From Octopus vulgaris (Eukaryota), in assembly GCA_951406725.2 (NCBI GenBank), contig OX597820.1, forward strand, positions 114,824,001-114,888,000: 64,000 bases of DNA. Reading direction: 5' to 3'. The position numbers and the translations under genes are program-made. Within the stretch, counting starts at the first letter, position 1. The number at the start of each line of letters is the position of its first letter. Below are positions 52,720-64,000 of the stretch, in pieces. The notes under the pieces are model-generated. The model made no database searches and had not been told where the DNA came from. It was given only the letters and a program-made list of their open reading frames with translations.

Positions 52720-54420
52720 AGGAATGTGGAAGCTGAGTCCACAGGCATCTCCTCTGTAGGGTTCTATCAGAAGCAACTGTTAAATTTTCCAGCTGGATTC
52801 CCAAAGCACAACCAACTGAGACTATTCATATTAACCAATCATCTTGTAGGCCTCTTGTCCATTGGATTGGTTAAAAGAATCAGTCTTGCAATTCTTTCTT
52901 GTGACTTTCTTAACACCTGTCCATAGTACTGGAGCCATGATCTCTCAATGTTGTCAAGTTGTGGCTTGACCCAGAGAGACTCCCTGATCTCCAAGTTAAG
53001 CATCCTGTCAAGTCGTGTTACTTCAGAGACCTTGAAGACCTCAGCTGCCTGTATTTGTGATCATACTTTTTCAGTTATTAGCCAACATTCATGACCATAG
53101 GTGAGGATAGTCACAACAACTGAATTGAAGATAGCAAGTTTGGCCTTTTTACCAACCTCTCCTCTCCTGAGGATCAAATGCTGGAGCTGGTGCATTACTG
53201 TGCCAGCATCTGCCATTCTAGCATCCAGTTTAGCCTCCTTCTTGTTATGAAGTCAGCAGATGGTCAGCCAGAATAATTTATTGGTCAATCTAAAGTCAGA
53301 GTCCAGCTTGACTTCAAAGTCCTCCTTCAGTTTAGCCTCAGACGTTTTTACAGTTTCTGCAACTTTTTGCAGCTCAGTGCACTGCCTGCACAAAACAGGA
53401 GGTTCATTTCCAAGCCAAGCCTAGTAAACCTCCTTCTCTGCATGAATGGTATATTTAACTTCCTGCTTAAACCAGGGGATTCTTTTGCTACCTGGTGCCA
53501 ACCCAACCACATTCATCCACAGCACTTTACAGCCAAAAAAGAAACTGCTGAACAAAATCTCCATTCTGATTTGACATCCTCAGTTTGTTCAGGAAGTTCT
53601 CTGAATTTGGATGCAATTGTTTCTGATTCCATCTACCAGGGGGCTTCCCACTTTATCCTGCACTGGGCTTACAAGTTTTGGGAGTTCTTTCTGTGGTAGA
53701 TAGTAGATAGTTGTTGGTTGCAGACAACCAGGTAGTGATCAGTTGATAGCTTTGCCACTTTCTTTACGTGTACATTCAGCACAGAAACAAAGAAATTGGA
53801 GACAATAACAAAATCTATCATTGACCTCTGTCCCAAAGTATCCCTATACCAGGCATACCTATGGATATCTCTGTACTAGGAGATTGTGTTCATAATGGAG
53901 AACCCATTTCCAGCGCAGAAGTCTAGTAAAGTCTCTCTATTTGCACCAAGGATCACCATTCCTACCAATCACTCCTTTCTACGTCTGGTGATTGGTGCCA
54001 ACATGTACACTGAAGTCTCCTTGTCGGACAAATGACTTGGTCTTAACTATGTCTGCAGTGACCTTGTCAAGGGAAGATTTGTATCTGACCTCACTGTTTG
54101 GTGCATATACTGGCAACAAACACAGTTCTTCCTTCAGCCTAAGGTTCAGAAGACAAACCTTCCCACCTAGTGGGATCCACTCCGTAACACAATCGAACAG
54201 CCAGGGACTTGTGAGTATCTCCATTCCCATCTGTCCAGACATAGTTGGCACCACACCTGAATAGTGGAGTTTCTGCACTCCATCCAAATCCTTGGTACCA
54301 GAGCCTCAGAACCTTGTACAGAAGACACCAACTATAGCTAGCCAGCAGTGTTTGGCCTCCTCCATTAGTTTCTGCTTTTCACCCATAAGGGTTGTGACAT
54401 TTCAGTTCCCAATCCTTGAT
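52720..54420 (-). mobile_element. Old RTE-like LINE remnant
   Basis: GNCNVTTLMG, VYAPNS, GDFSVHVG, IDFVIVS, STDHYLVV and LTYGHECW motifs on the minus strand. Confidence 0.7.
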
Positions 54421-55799
54421 GGTAGTCCCCTCATGGACCCACTTCAGGGTCCCAAAACATGTATCCTTTGTACTTCCACCCTGCACCTCTCAGAACAAGT
54501 TGCAAGCTTATTGCTGGTTTTACTGGCATTGGGTGGAGACAGCATTATATTTTTCAAACAGACCCCTCGATCTAAGATTCCAACCTGCCTGAAACCGCCT
54601 CTTGTTTTCAAAAGTTCTGAATTATATCTTCCACCAAACCTTAGTCACAACTTATGTTCCTAACACTAGCTTAATGATAACTAAGTTATTTTACTAAATT
54701 CTTTGTTATATTTAAAATTAATTGAAAGAAACACAGAGCATCTCAACAGAAATATGGTAATGAAAGGGTTAATGTTCTTGGTATTTTTGCAATGTATATC
54801 ATTTCGAATATGTATTTCCAGGACAGATTCAAATCTGCAATGCAACCACATTGTGATTTAATATCTACATCATTACTACACTTTATCATATAAAGTTTGG
54901 TTGTCCAGTTGTTTTGTGCATCTGAATTTACAGCTTATATAATTTTTGTATGCCTAACAACTTTAAGCAGATGGGTTCAACAATTTGACTGAAGACTGGC
55001 GAACCAGATGGCCACACCAGACTCCAACCTTGATCTGGCTGAGTTTCTACAGCTGGATGCCCTTCCTAACTCTCGGAGTGGTTGGCATTAGGAAGGACAT
55101 CCGAATGCCAGATCAAGATTGGAGCTTGGTACAGCCATCTGGTTCACCAGTCCTCAATCAAATCGTCCAACCCATGCCAGCATGGAAAGTGGACGTTAAA
55201 CAATGATGATGATGATGACTGTTTAGTTTCTTTTATCATGAGTATAATTTTAGCCAATCAGAAAATAGTTGTCTGTTGCTCTATATTGTTCTTTTTTTTT
55301 TTATTGGCTAGTTAATCAACAGAATATACAATTGTCCCTTTTCTCCCTCTCACTCTGTCATTTAACCAATGATTAGGATTCTATCTGCTTCAACAGAATA
55401 TCTACCAGTTTAAAATCATTATCTACATCTATCTTTACTTGCTATCAGTTATCTACTCGTAAATATTTTGTACGTACATGCATTTTCCATAACACTTTCT
55501 GCAACACATTCTATTGGCCTCGTAAGACATGGAAATACACAGCTGCCGTCTGTTTCAGTCAGAGGACTGCAGACATGCTGAAGAACCACCTCGAATGGTT
55601 TTGTCAAACAAATCAACTCCGGTACTTTTATTTAAAGTGAGGTACTTGTTCTATCTGTCTCTTTTGCTGAACCATTAAGTTATGGGGGACATAAACAAAC
55701 TGACAGCAGTTATCAAGTGGTAGGGAGGACAAACACACACTTTATACATATGTATATATATATATATATATATATAAAGTAGCAGACAAACGAAAGAAG

Positions 55800-57430
55800 G
55801 GCACTCAACACATTTACTGAGAGTTACATGTGTGGATCAAGCAGTCTAATTCAAACTCCTTGGACAGGTTCAGGAAGGACTTGGTAAAAATATTCAAAGA
55901 ATTCAGCCTGTCCATAACAGTTACCACCAACCTGACTGCGGTTGATTTGTTGGACATAACTTTAGACCTGAACACAGGCAAGTACTACTCCTACAGGAAG
56001 CCTAATGATGAAATGGTATACATCCACAAGAGCTTACCCCCACCCCCATGGTTGAATTTAGAAACCTGGTTTCAGGCATTAGCAAACAGGTATCTAAACT
56101 CTCATCCACTGTTACAATGATGCTTTGGCTAAGAATGGATTTTCTGAGAAGCTTATATACGTGGACATTCCCCAAACCCCCTCTCCACACCTAGAATTGT
56201 CTACCAACATAGCCAGGCGCTTCCTGTCGTTAGATAAGAAACATTTCTCCAGAGACCATAAGTATTACAAACTCTTCAACCCCCATAATGTCAAGGTGAG
56301 CAATTCCTGCTTAGACAACATTGCATCTAACATCATATGCATCAGCAGATGTAAAAATGCACCCACACAAACCCCAACCTGTAACTTCTGAAACCCCATT
56401 ACCTGCCCTCTAGAAGGATCCTGTCTGTTAAGAGCTGTAGTATACAGAGCCACCCTTACACCATCTGATGACATCACTAGGCACCATACAGATATGACAA
56501 CCAATGACTTTAAAGGAAAGTACTCCCAGTACATGCACTCATTCATACCCAGGGATAGAGAGAACTCCACTTCCCTATTGTGCTTCCTCTGGAGACTCCA
56601 AGATATAAAACACCCAGCATCAAGTGGACTATTGTTCACAGAACACCATCGTATTCACCTGGTACCCCTAATTGCCAGCTCTGCCACCGAAAAACTGCAT
56701 ATCCTCTACCAACCCATCAACAAGAAATACAATCTATCCTATTGCTGTCACCAGAGGTGTGCCCTTGCGGTAAATTTCAAGCCATTGGCCAACAACCCAG
56801 ATATACCTCTTTAGTACCAGCTGCTCCCCTGCACAGCCTGCACCAAGGTCCTCATCACCAACTAACACCCATGAGCAGGACAGAAATCACCAACCTCCAA
56901 CACTTCTACCTGCATACTCTCACTCGTACATAACCACACGAGTTTATATATGTGCACACAAGTGTGCATTACCACACCATCTGCATACATGTTGATATAT
57001 ACACACTAGTGTGCATACACATGCACATGTGTTCATGCATGTACACACACACTTACGTATGCGCAAGTGTGTGCACAAGTGGATACATGCATGTGTTCAT
57101 GTATACGTGTATGTGCATACATGTACGTGTGTGTGGGTGTGAATGTACATCTACGCACACATACACATATATACTCGCATATCCACTGCCTCTTCCTACT
57201 TTCCCCACTAATCAGGCAACCAATTTCCTGTTTATCATGTGGTACTTTCCAAATAATTGTTGTCACTGAAATAACATCAAACTGTGACACTGCATGACCT
57301 TTCTCGACCAATCGCAAACTAACATCCAGTAATAAACATTGGCTTTCTCCTATCGACCTCTCATTCAAATTCCAATGGCTGAAGATTAGCATCAGGCTTG
57401 AAACTCAAAGTACCAAGGAATTTGAATCAA
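55800..57430 (+). mobile_element. Penelope-like element remnant (RT thumb, GIY-YIG, pLTR-like tail)
   Basis: KIFKEFSLSITVTTN..LDITLDLNTGKYYSYRKPND..YIH, HKYYKLFN..VKVS.SC and CPLEGSCL..VVYRA motifs; hammerhead downstream on the same strand. Confidence 0.8.
57363..57427 (+). ncRNA. Type I hammerhead ribozyme motif in Penelope tail
   Basis: ATTCAAATTCC-AA-TGG, then CTGAAGA, AGC-ATCAG-GCT, GAAA, CT-CAA-AG, TA (GUA triplet), CCA-A-GGAATTTGAAT; helix I has 3 plus 11 perfect bp. Confidence 0.75.
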
Positions 57431-57814
57431 ACTATTTGATCCATATAGAATCATCATTTAACATCCATCTTCCATGGGCAGGATGGTTGACAGGAGCCAG
57501 CCAGATAGAAAAACTACTCTAGGCTACTGTGTCTGGTTTGGTAGGGTTTTTACAGTTGGATACCCTTCCTATCACCAACCACTCTGTAGAGTGAACTCAA
57601 GGCTTTTTATGTAGCACTAGCACAGGCGAGGTTAGTTTTGGCATGATTTTTGCAGCCGGATGCCATTCCAAATGCCAACCACTTTACAGTGTGGGCTAGA
57701 TGTTTTATATGGCACCAGCACTTTCAGGGTCACCAAGTAACTCACAAAACAAGGAACTAGGAGAGGGGCTGGAACATTTGAGGAGAGGAACTTCTGTCAC
57801 AGGATGAAAGGTTA

Positions 57815-59385
57815 CATCAAAAAGGTCCCAGACTAGTTATGTTTAATTACAAAAATAAAATAACTCATTTACCTAAGTTTTAACATCTAAAGAGAAGAAC
57901 CCCATTTTCAGTCCTGAATAACCATGGGATTGCACCTAGAACATTCCCCGCTCCTAGGCACAAGTCCAGGCAAGATTGTTTATGGAAGATCAGCAGTCGC
58001 CTATGCATACCAGCCTCCTCCTCTCTCCATGCCATTGATGCTATCCAAGGATAAAGCAGAGGCCAATACAGCTTAGCATCAGTGACATCACAACTCATTG
58101 CTACAACTGAGTGAACTGGAGCAACATGAAATAAAGTGTCTTGCTCAAGAACACAACTCACTGCCACATGATTGTTAGCCTGAGACTAACTACTGAGCCA
58201 TGTGCCTTCACTTTACCCTTTAAGTTGTAACATCATCTCCCTTGAAATGGTCCCAGCATTCCTACCACTTCTGGAATCTGACCTGGAAGTCATTTTCCGT
58301 AAGCGAGTCGCTCTTCATCTTGACAATCATGTTAAATCAGTGACCTTTGAGTAGCATTTTCATCTTGGGGAAAGAGATGGAAGTCTGCAGGTACTAAATC
58401 AAGTGAATAGGGCAGGTGCGGAAGCAAAACCATGTTGTTTTTGGCAAGAAACTCAAAAGTGAGGAGAGCTCAGTGATGGTGCACTGTCATCATGAAGAAT
58501 CCAATCCCTCACATTCCACAGATCCAGTCACTTCAACTAAATGTCCTCCTTCAAGTGCTTCCAAATGTCGCAGAACCCTCAATTGATGGTCTGGCCCTGG
58601 AGGATGAATTCTCAATGCACAAATCCATGGACACCAAAAAAAAAACAAAGAAGACTGGCTGTGTGGTAAGTAGCTTGCTAATCAACCACATGGTTCCGGG
58701 TTCAGTCCCACTGCGTGGCATCTTGGGCAAGTGTCTTCTGCTATAGCCCCGGGCCGACCAATGCCTTGTGAGTGGATATGGTAGACGGAAACTGAAAGAA
58801 GCCTGTCGTATATATGTATATATATATATATATGTGTGTGTGTTTGTGTGTCTGTGTTTGTCCCCCTAGCATTGCTTGACAACCGATGCTGGTGTGTTTA
58901 CGTCCCCGTCACTTAGCAGTTCGGCAAAAGAGACCGATAGAATAAGTACTGGGCTTACAAAGAATAAGTTCTGGGGTTGATTTGTTCGACTAAAGGCGGT
59001 GCTCCAGCATGGCCGCAGTCAAATGACAAACAAGTAAAAGAGTAAAAGAGAGTATGCTCTTGATTGAGTTACAACATTGTCATGCCTTTTGAAGTGCCCA
59101 TGACACTCAAAACATTGTGTATAACTCATTACCTCGTCGTTGTAAGCTTGCCAAAGTATGCTCAATGGCTGTAGCAGACTTCCCAAGTTTAACACAAAAT
59201 TTCACAGTTCCTGTCCATGGCAAAAATTGCAGGCTACAGCATACATGTGATCGCAAAAAGATAAATTTCTCAACTTGCAAAGTAAACACAGCTGCCTCAT
59301 GAATGTCACTGCAAGCTCTCACAGCACATGCAACCATGCGCTGCTATTTGTCGGAATGTTCAGAACTCATCTGAAAACTTTTTTA
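57815..59385 (-). mobile_element. Highly decayed mariner interrupted by two SINEs
   Basis: VKFCVKLGKSAT HTH start near 59190; PAPIHLI (PYSPDL-like) remnant near 58400. Confidence 0.55.
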
Positions 59386-59389
59386 TACT

Positions 59390-59433
<44 letters not shown>

Positions 59434-59811
59434 AGTATATATATATATATATATATATATACGGTTATCAATTTGTGTTGCAAGATTCCTGATGTGAAAT
59501 TGTGTGTTGAAACCGATATTGTTGTATTTTGGGATGGTCATTCTTTTTTTTGCCAAATAAACACACGCACTATATATTTTTTTTAATTTGTTTATTACTG
59601 TTCTTATTTTATTATTGTAACTCATGTCCAATGTCCGGAAATCACAAGAACACACATGAAAACGAAAAGTGTCACTGAAGAGGTCATAGATGTGTGACAA
59701 AAGATTTCCAGACATTGGACAGGAGTTAACGTAATAAAATAAGAACAGGAATAAACGAATGAAGAAAAAATATATAGTGTGTGTTTTTATTTGAGGGGGG
59801 GGGGGATAACT

Positions 59812-60170
59812 AACCAAATTAATTGAAGGTGGTTATATTTCAGACCAAGTTTTCAACACAGATGAAACTGGTCTTTTTGGAAAAAGATGCCAAACAGAAC
59901 ATATATAGCAAAATCAGAGAAAAGTGCCAGTGTTTTTAAGGCAGCTGAAGACCGTGTAACTTTTTTGTTATGTAGCAACACTTCAGGAGATTGTTAAAGC
60001 CGTTATTAATTAATAGATCAGTTAGTTTGCATGCAATGAAAGGTGTAGACTTAAGTAAATTACCAGTTCATTGGAGAGCCAATAAAAAATCATGGATGAC
60101 AGCAGAAATATTTACTGAATGGTTTAACAACTGCTTCATTCCCAAAGTAAAAAGATAAATGGAAGAGAAA
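59812..60170 (+). mobile_element. pogo/Tigger DDE transposase fragment
   Basis: GYISDQVFNTDETGLF.KKMPNRTYI..KAAEDRVT.LLCSN.SGD, LPVHW.ANKKSWMT..IF.EW. Confidence 0.85.
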
Positions 60171-62128
60171 TGTGGACAGGTGAATCAAAATTTTTTCTTC
60201 TTTGTTACATATGCAGGAGAAATAACTCTTGATATCATTTTGTCGAAGTATGAATCCATCTGAGAACATTAAATTAAATTCTATTTGATCTTTGTCTGCG
60301 TGCAAGGTATGCATCGCCACTCCGATGCCCTTTTTTCTCTTATGAACATTCTTATATAATTGATTATACAGGTTTGAATAAACCTGCAATTGGTGAACCC
60401 AAAGTCAAAACAAAACAGCCATGCTTCTAAATTTAACAGCTATGAATCAGCCTACAATTGGTGAGCAGAAAACTTTCAAACCAAAAGTCATTTTGGTGTT
60501 AAAACGGTATCTTCATTCAGTAATATTTCTTACACGCTTCTACTGCTTTGGTTATAACTATTACAAAATTTTCAGGCTGTGTTCAAACATACTGCTGTCA
60601 CTGCACCAATTTTAGTGAGATGATTAGCCATATATTCTTCAAAGACTATTCACAGTGTGTGGTAGGTTGTGTATGTAGACAATGATCACGCTAAAGCATA
60701 ATTGAGTTTTCAAATATCTTATTAACCTGCATCATTATATTTACAAAGGTACATCCAATAGATTGATAGAACAATATTCAAAAATAACAGGAATATTTTG
60801 TTTATAATTTGCTGTATAATATTGTGAAAATTGTGCAAGCAACTTCAATATAATTAATGTGTGTTACTTGACATTAAAAACTGGTGCCAATTGTCAAGTA
60901 AGATATAAGTATGTTATATATAGAAAAAAAATTGTAACAGGAAGGGAGGACAACTTTTTCTCAACTATGCCTTTCTTCTCTCTCTCTCTTGTTCTTTACA
61001 ATGCTCCCTATCCTCTTACCATTCCCTCTGTTATAGGACCTACATTAAGGACTTAGCTTTGCAAGGCAATCATCATTAGTCCTGGGAACATGAAAAAACT
61101 GAGTACACTCTATAAAGTAGTTGGTATTGAGAAGGGTATCCAGCTACAGAAACCTTGCCAAAGAAGACATTGTTGGAGATATCCTCCAATGCGGACTATG
61201 TCAAACTGTCCAGCCCTTGCCGGCATGCAAACCAGATGTTAAAGATGATGGTAACAACATACACAGACAGGAATATAGACACAATGAAACTTAGTTATGC
61301 AGCTAAGTTATACAAACACAAACATCATCATCATTTAACGTCCGTTTTCCATGCTAGCATGGGTTGGACGATTTGACCGGGGTCTGGAAGCCATGTAGGC
61401 TGCACCAAGCTCCAATCTCATCTGGCAGAGTTTCTACAGCTTGATGCCCTTCCTAACGCCAACCAACGGCTATGATCAGTCGGTGCTTTTATGTGTCACC
61501 GGTGCTGGCATCTGCCACGTTCGGATGGTGCTTTTTACATGTCAACTTCTCTTTTCTATACTTGCATGAACTGGATGGAATTCATTAAGGCAGATTTTTT
61601 TTTCCTTCAGCAGAATACTTTCCCTGTTGCTAGCCCTCACCTGTTTCCAAGCAAGCTGTTTCAATGGTTGAATGGATTTTCAGGGAAGACAGGAAACAGA
61701 TGACATTGCTTCTATGATGGTGACTCATTCACAACTGTTGCACAATATCAAAACTAAGAGGCATACATTACATATTTGAAAGGTCATAAAATGAATATTT
61801 TGAGGGAAATGTCTTTCACCTTTCCTCCTATTTTTAGTTATCCCCCCCCCCACTTAATTCTACAAAATATAAAATCCAAATTTTGAAAGAATGCTTGCCA
61901 TAATTACACTTTGTTGTTTGACAATTTTCCCTATCCCTACAGATGTTAGACATAAACAAAAATTGTTTAAAAATAAAAAATAAAAATAAGCATTTATTTT
62001 CCTCTCTTTTACAAAGCTACAGTTGTAAATTTTTTAGTAGGTATGTTTCTTTTGGTCGTAGTTTAAATAAAACATTAAGCTTCTAGTAACTAATTTTTAA
62101 ATGTGTGACCTGCATTTGCAGTGATTAA

Positions 62129-62350
62129 CCCTTTTGATACTAGCCCGGCTGAAACCGCCTCTGGCTCTGTAGTACAAATGTCTTGCTTTCATAAGTTTCG
62201 AATGAAAATCTTCCACCAAACCTTAGTCACAATTTATGTTCTTAACACTTGCTTAATGATAACTAAGTTATTTTACTAAATTCTTTGTTATATTTTAAAT
62301 TAATTGAAAGAAACCCAGGGCACCCCAAAATAAATATGGTAACAAAAGGG
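62129..62350. mobile_element. piggyBac-type MITE with TTAA TSD
   Basis: TTAA|cccttttgatac ... gtaacaaaaggg|TTAA; partial copies at about 54580-54768, 43400-43583 and 12250-12415. Confidence 0.85.
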
Positions 62351-64000
62351 TTAAATCATGAACAAGTTTTAAAATCTGTTTGCTTGTTTTTGTCAGACCC
62401 ACCCGAACATGGTCATTTTTAATTGTACTTAATGCATAGAATTATCAGAATGAAAAATATACAAGAAAAAGTTAAATAAAACAAAATCTGGGGTCTTTAT
62501 ATATCAATGTATTCTCTTCATATCAAATTCAATATATAAAAAATATTACAGCATTCCCATTGAAAACATTGAGAAAAAGTTTATATTTATTTCCTTCGCA
62601 GCAGAATAAGAGACAAATTTAAGATGGTTGTAAATGCTTGTAATTTGTCCAACACCATTGCAAACGAAAAAGAGGATTGAATTGATGCAAATTTTTTGTG
62701 TTCTCAATGACATTTTGAAGCCCTAGGGGTACTACTGTGATATGTCTTTAGCATTTTTAGACTGAGTGCAACCAAAACACATTTCTTTCAGAAGAAAGAC
62801 TGAAAGAGAAGAATTGAGCTCAGTACAGGACCTTGGTGAGATTTGAACTCCAAACAATTACAGCAACACAATCTATTCAATGTTCTTGCAACTCTGCCAA
62901 CTGGCCACCTAATAGTTACAATTAGTATTATTGGTCAGAGCTTGAATGCTTTTACTGATAACAATTTGAAAAAGAACATTCCTGATTCCTAAAAAATGAG
63001 ATGGTCATGGTTGGAAAGCCACAGTTACATTGAAAATTCTTAGAGCATGCATATGACCCATATTTTCAAGTACAAAAATCAAAATGAAATCAATAAATAT
63101 TTGATTTGAAAATGTTGTACTTCAGACTGTGAAGACAAGAATATTTGAGAAAGTTAGCAATGCCATTGGTAGGATTTGAACTCAGAATGGAAAAGAATGT
63201 CTCTGAATACAAAAAATTATTTTCATCCATTACTCAACTAATTTTGCCACCTAAAAATGTTTTCAAACTTTGAATAAAATTTGTTCTTTTTTAAAGCAAA
63301 CTTTCTATAAATATGAGATGATATAAAACTTTCGATAGAGACTTTATGAAAAACTTAGAAGTCCTGTTCTCCATTTGTTTTATACAAAACTTCATGGACC
63401 CCTGGCTATGCTGTTTCATATTATAACAGGGAAAACTGGAAATAAAAAGTTAATTAAAAAAAAAAAAGCTTCATAAAAATTTTAATTTTACAAGATTATG
63501 ACTTAATTTTGATATTTTTCATTTCAAACCATTACAAGAATAACAGAACATGGAACTGTTAGTCTTGCAATAGCAACAAGATATGTCGTCATCATTCCAG
63601 TAGTTAGTAGTGGTGTTAGTAATAGTAGTAGCAGCAGCAACAACTCCAGTAGCTGTTACTGCTGCTACTGCCAATGAAATGTCAAACAAAAATTAACTGG
63701 AACAAACTTTACAGCAGAATCTTCGAGAATTTTCACATTCATTTAAGAGTAGATTTTTTTTTCCTTTTTTACCTAACTTTCTTAATATCTTCTAAGTATT
63801 ATATCTTTAGAAAAAAAGGTTTTCTGGTTTTCATATTTCAAACAAGAAGCTCAGAATTTACAAACAAAAATAATTCGTTTTTGAACCATGAACTGGTTAT
63901 AGTTTAGGGATTTATAGCTGCTGCTCTTTTTGAGGTGTGTCTGTTTATCAATATATATGAAAATACATTTTAGATATAAACGCATCCCATTTCTACTAGA

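Noticed and set aside
52555-64000. NF-kB promoter and 5' UTR exon
   Set aside because: No CpG-rich region or convincing exon was recognised; likely outside the window or undetectable without transcripts.

Overview
AT-rich, repeat-dense animal genomic DNA; the SINE, RTE, Helitron and (TA)n landscape suggests an octopod cephalopod (inference). One host gene spans most of the window on the minus strand. Nine coding exons (52524 to 784, 1207 nt, about 402 aa, all GT-AG and phase-compatible) encode the N-terminus, Rel homology domain, IPT domain and NLS of a class I NF-kB (p105/p100/Relish-type). The gene continues beyond position 1, and its 5' UTR exon and promoter were not located. The introns hold decayed mariner, pogo, piggyBac, Helitron, RTE, CR1/L2, R4/Dong and Penelope-like elements, plus SINEs, MITEs and microsatellites. 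The most unusual signal is a set of type I hammerhead-ribozyme motifs: one downstream of a Penelope-like ORF, and four short palindromes next to microsatellites whose arms carry outward-facing hammerhead cores. The best-preserved cores lie antisense to the NF-kB pre-mRNA.
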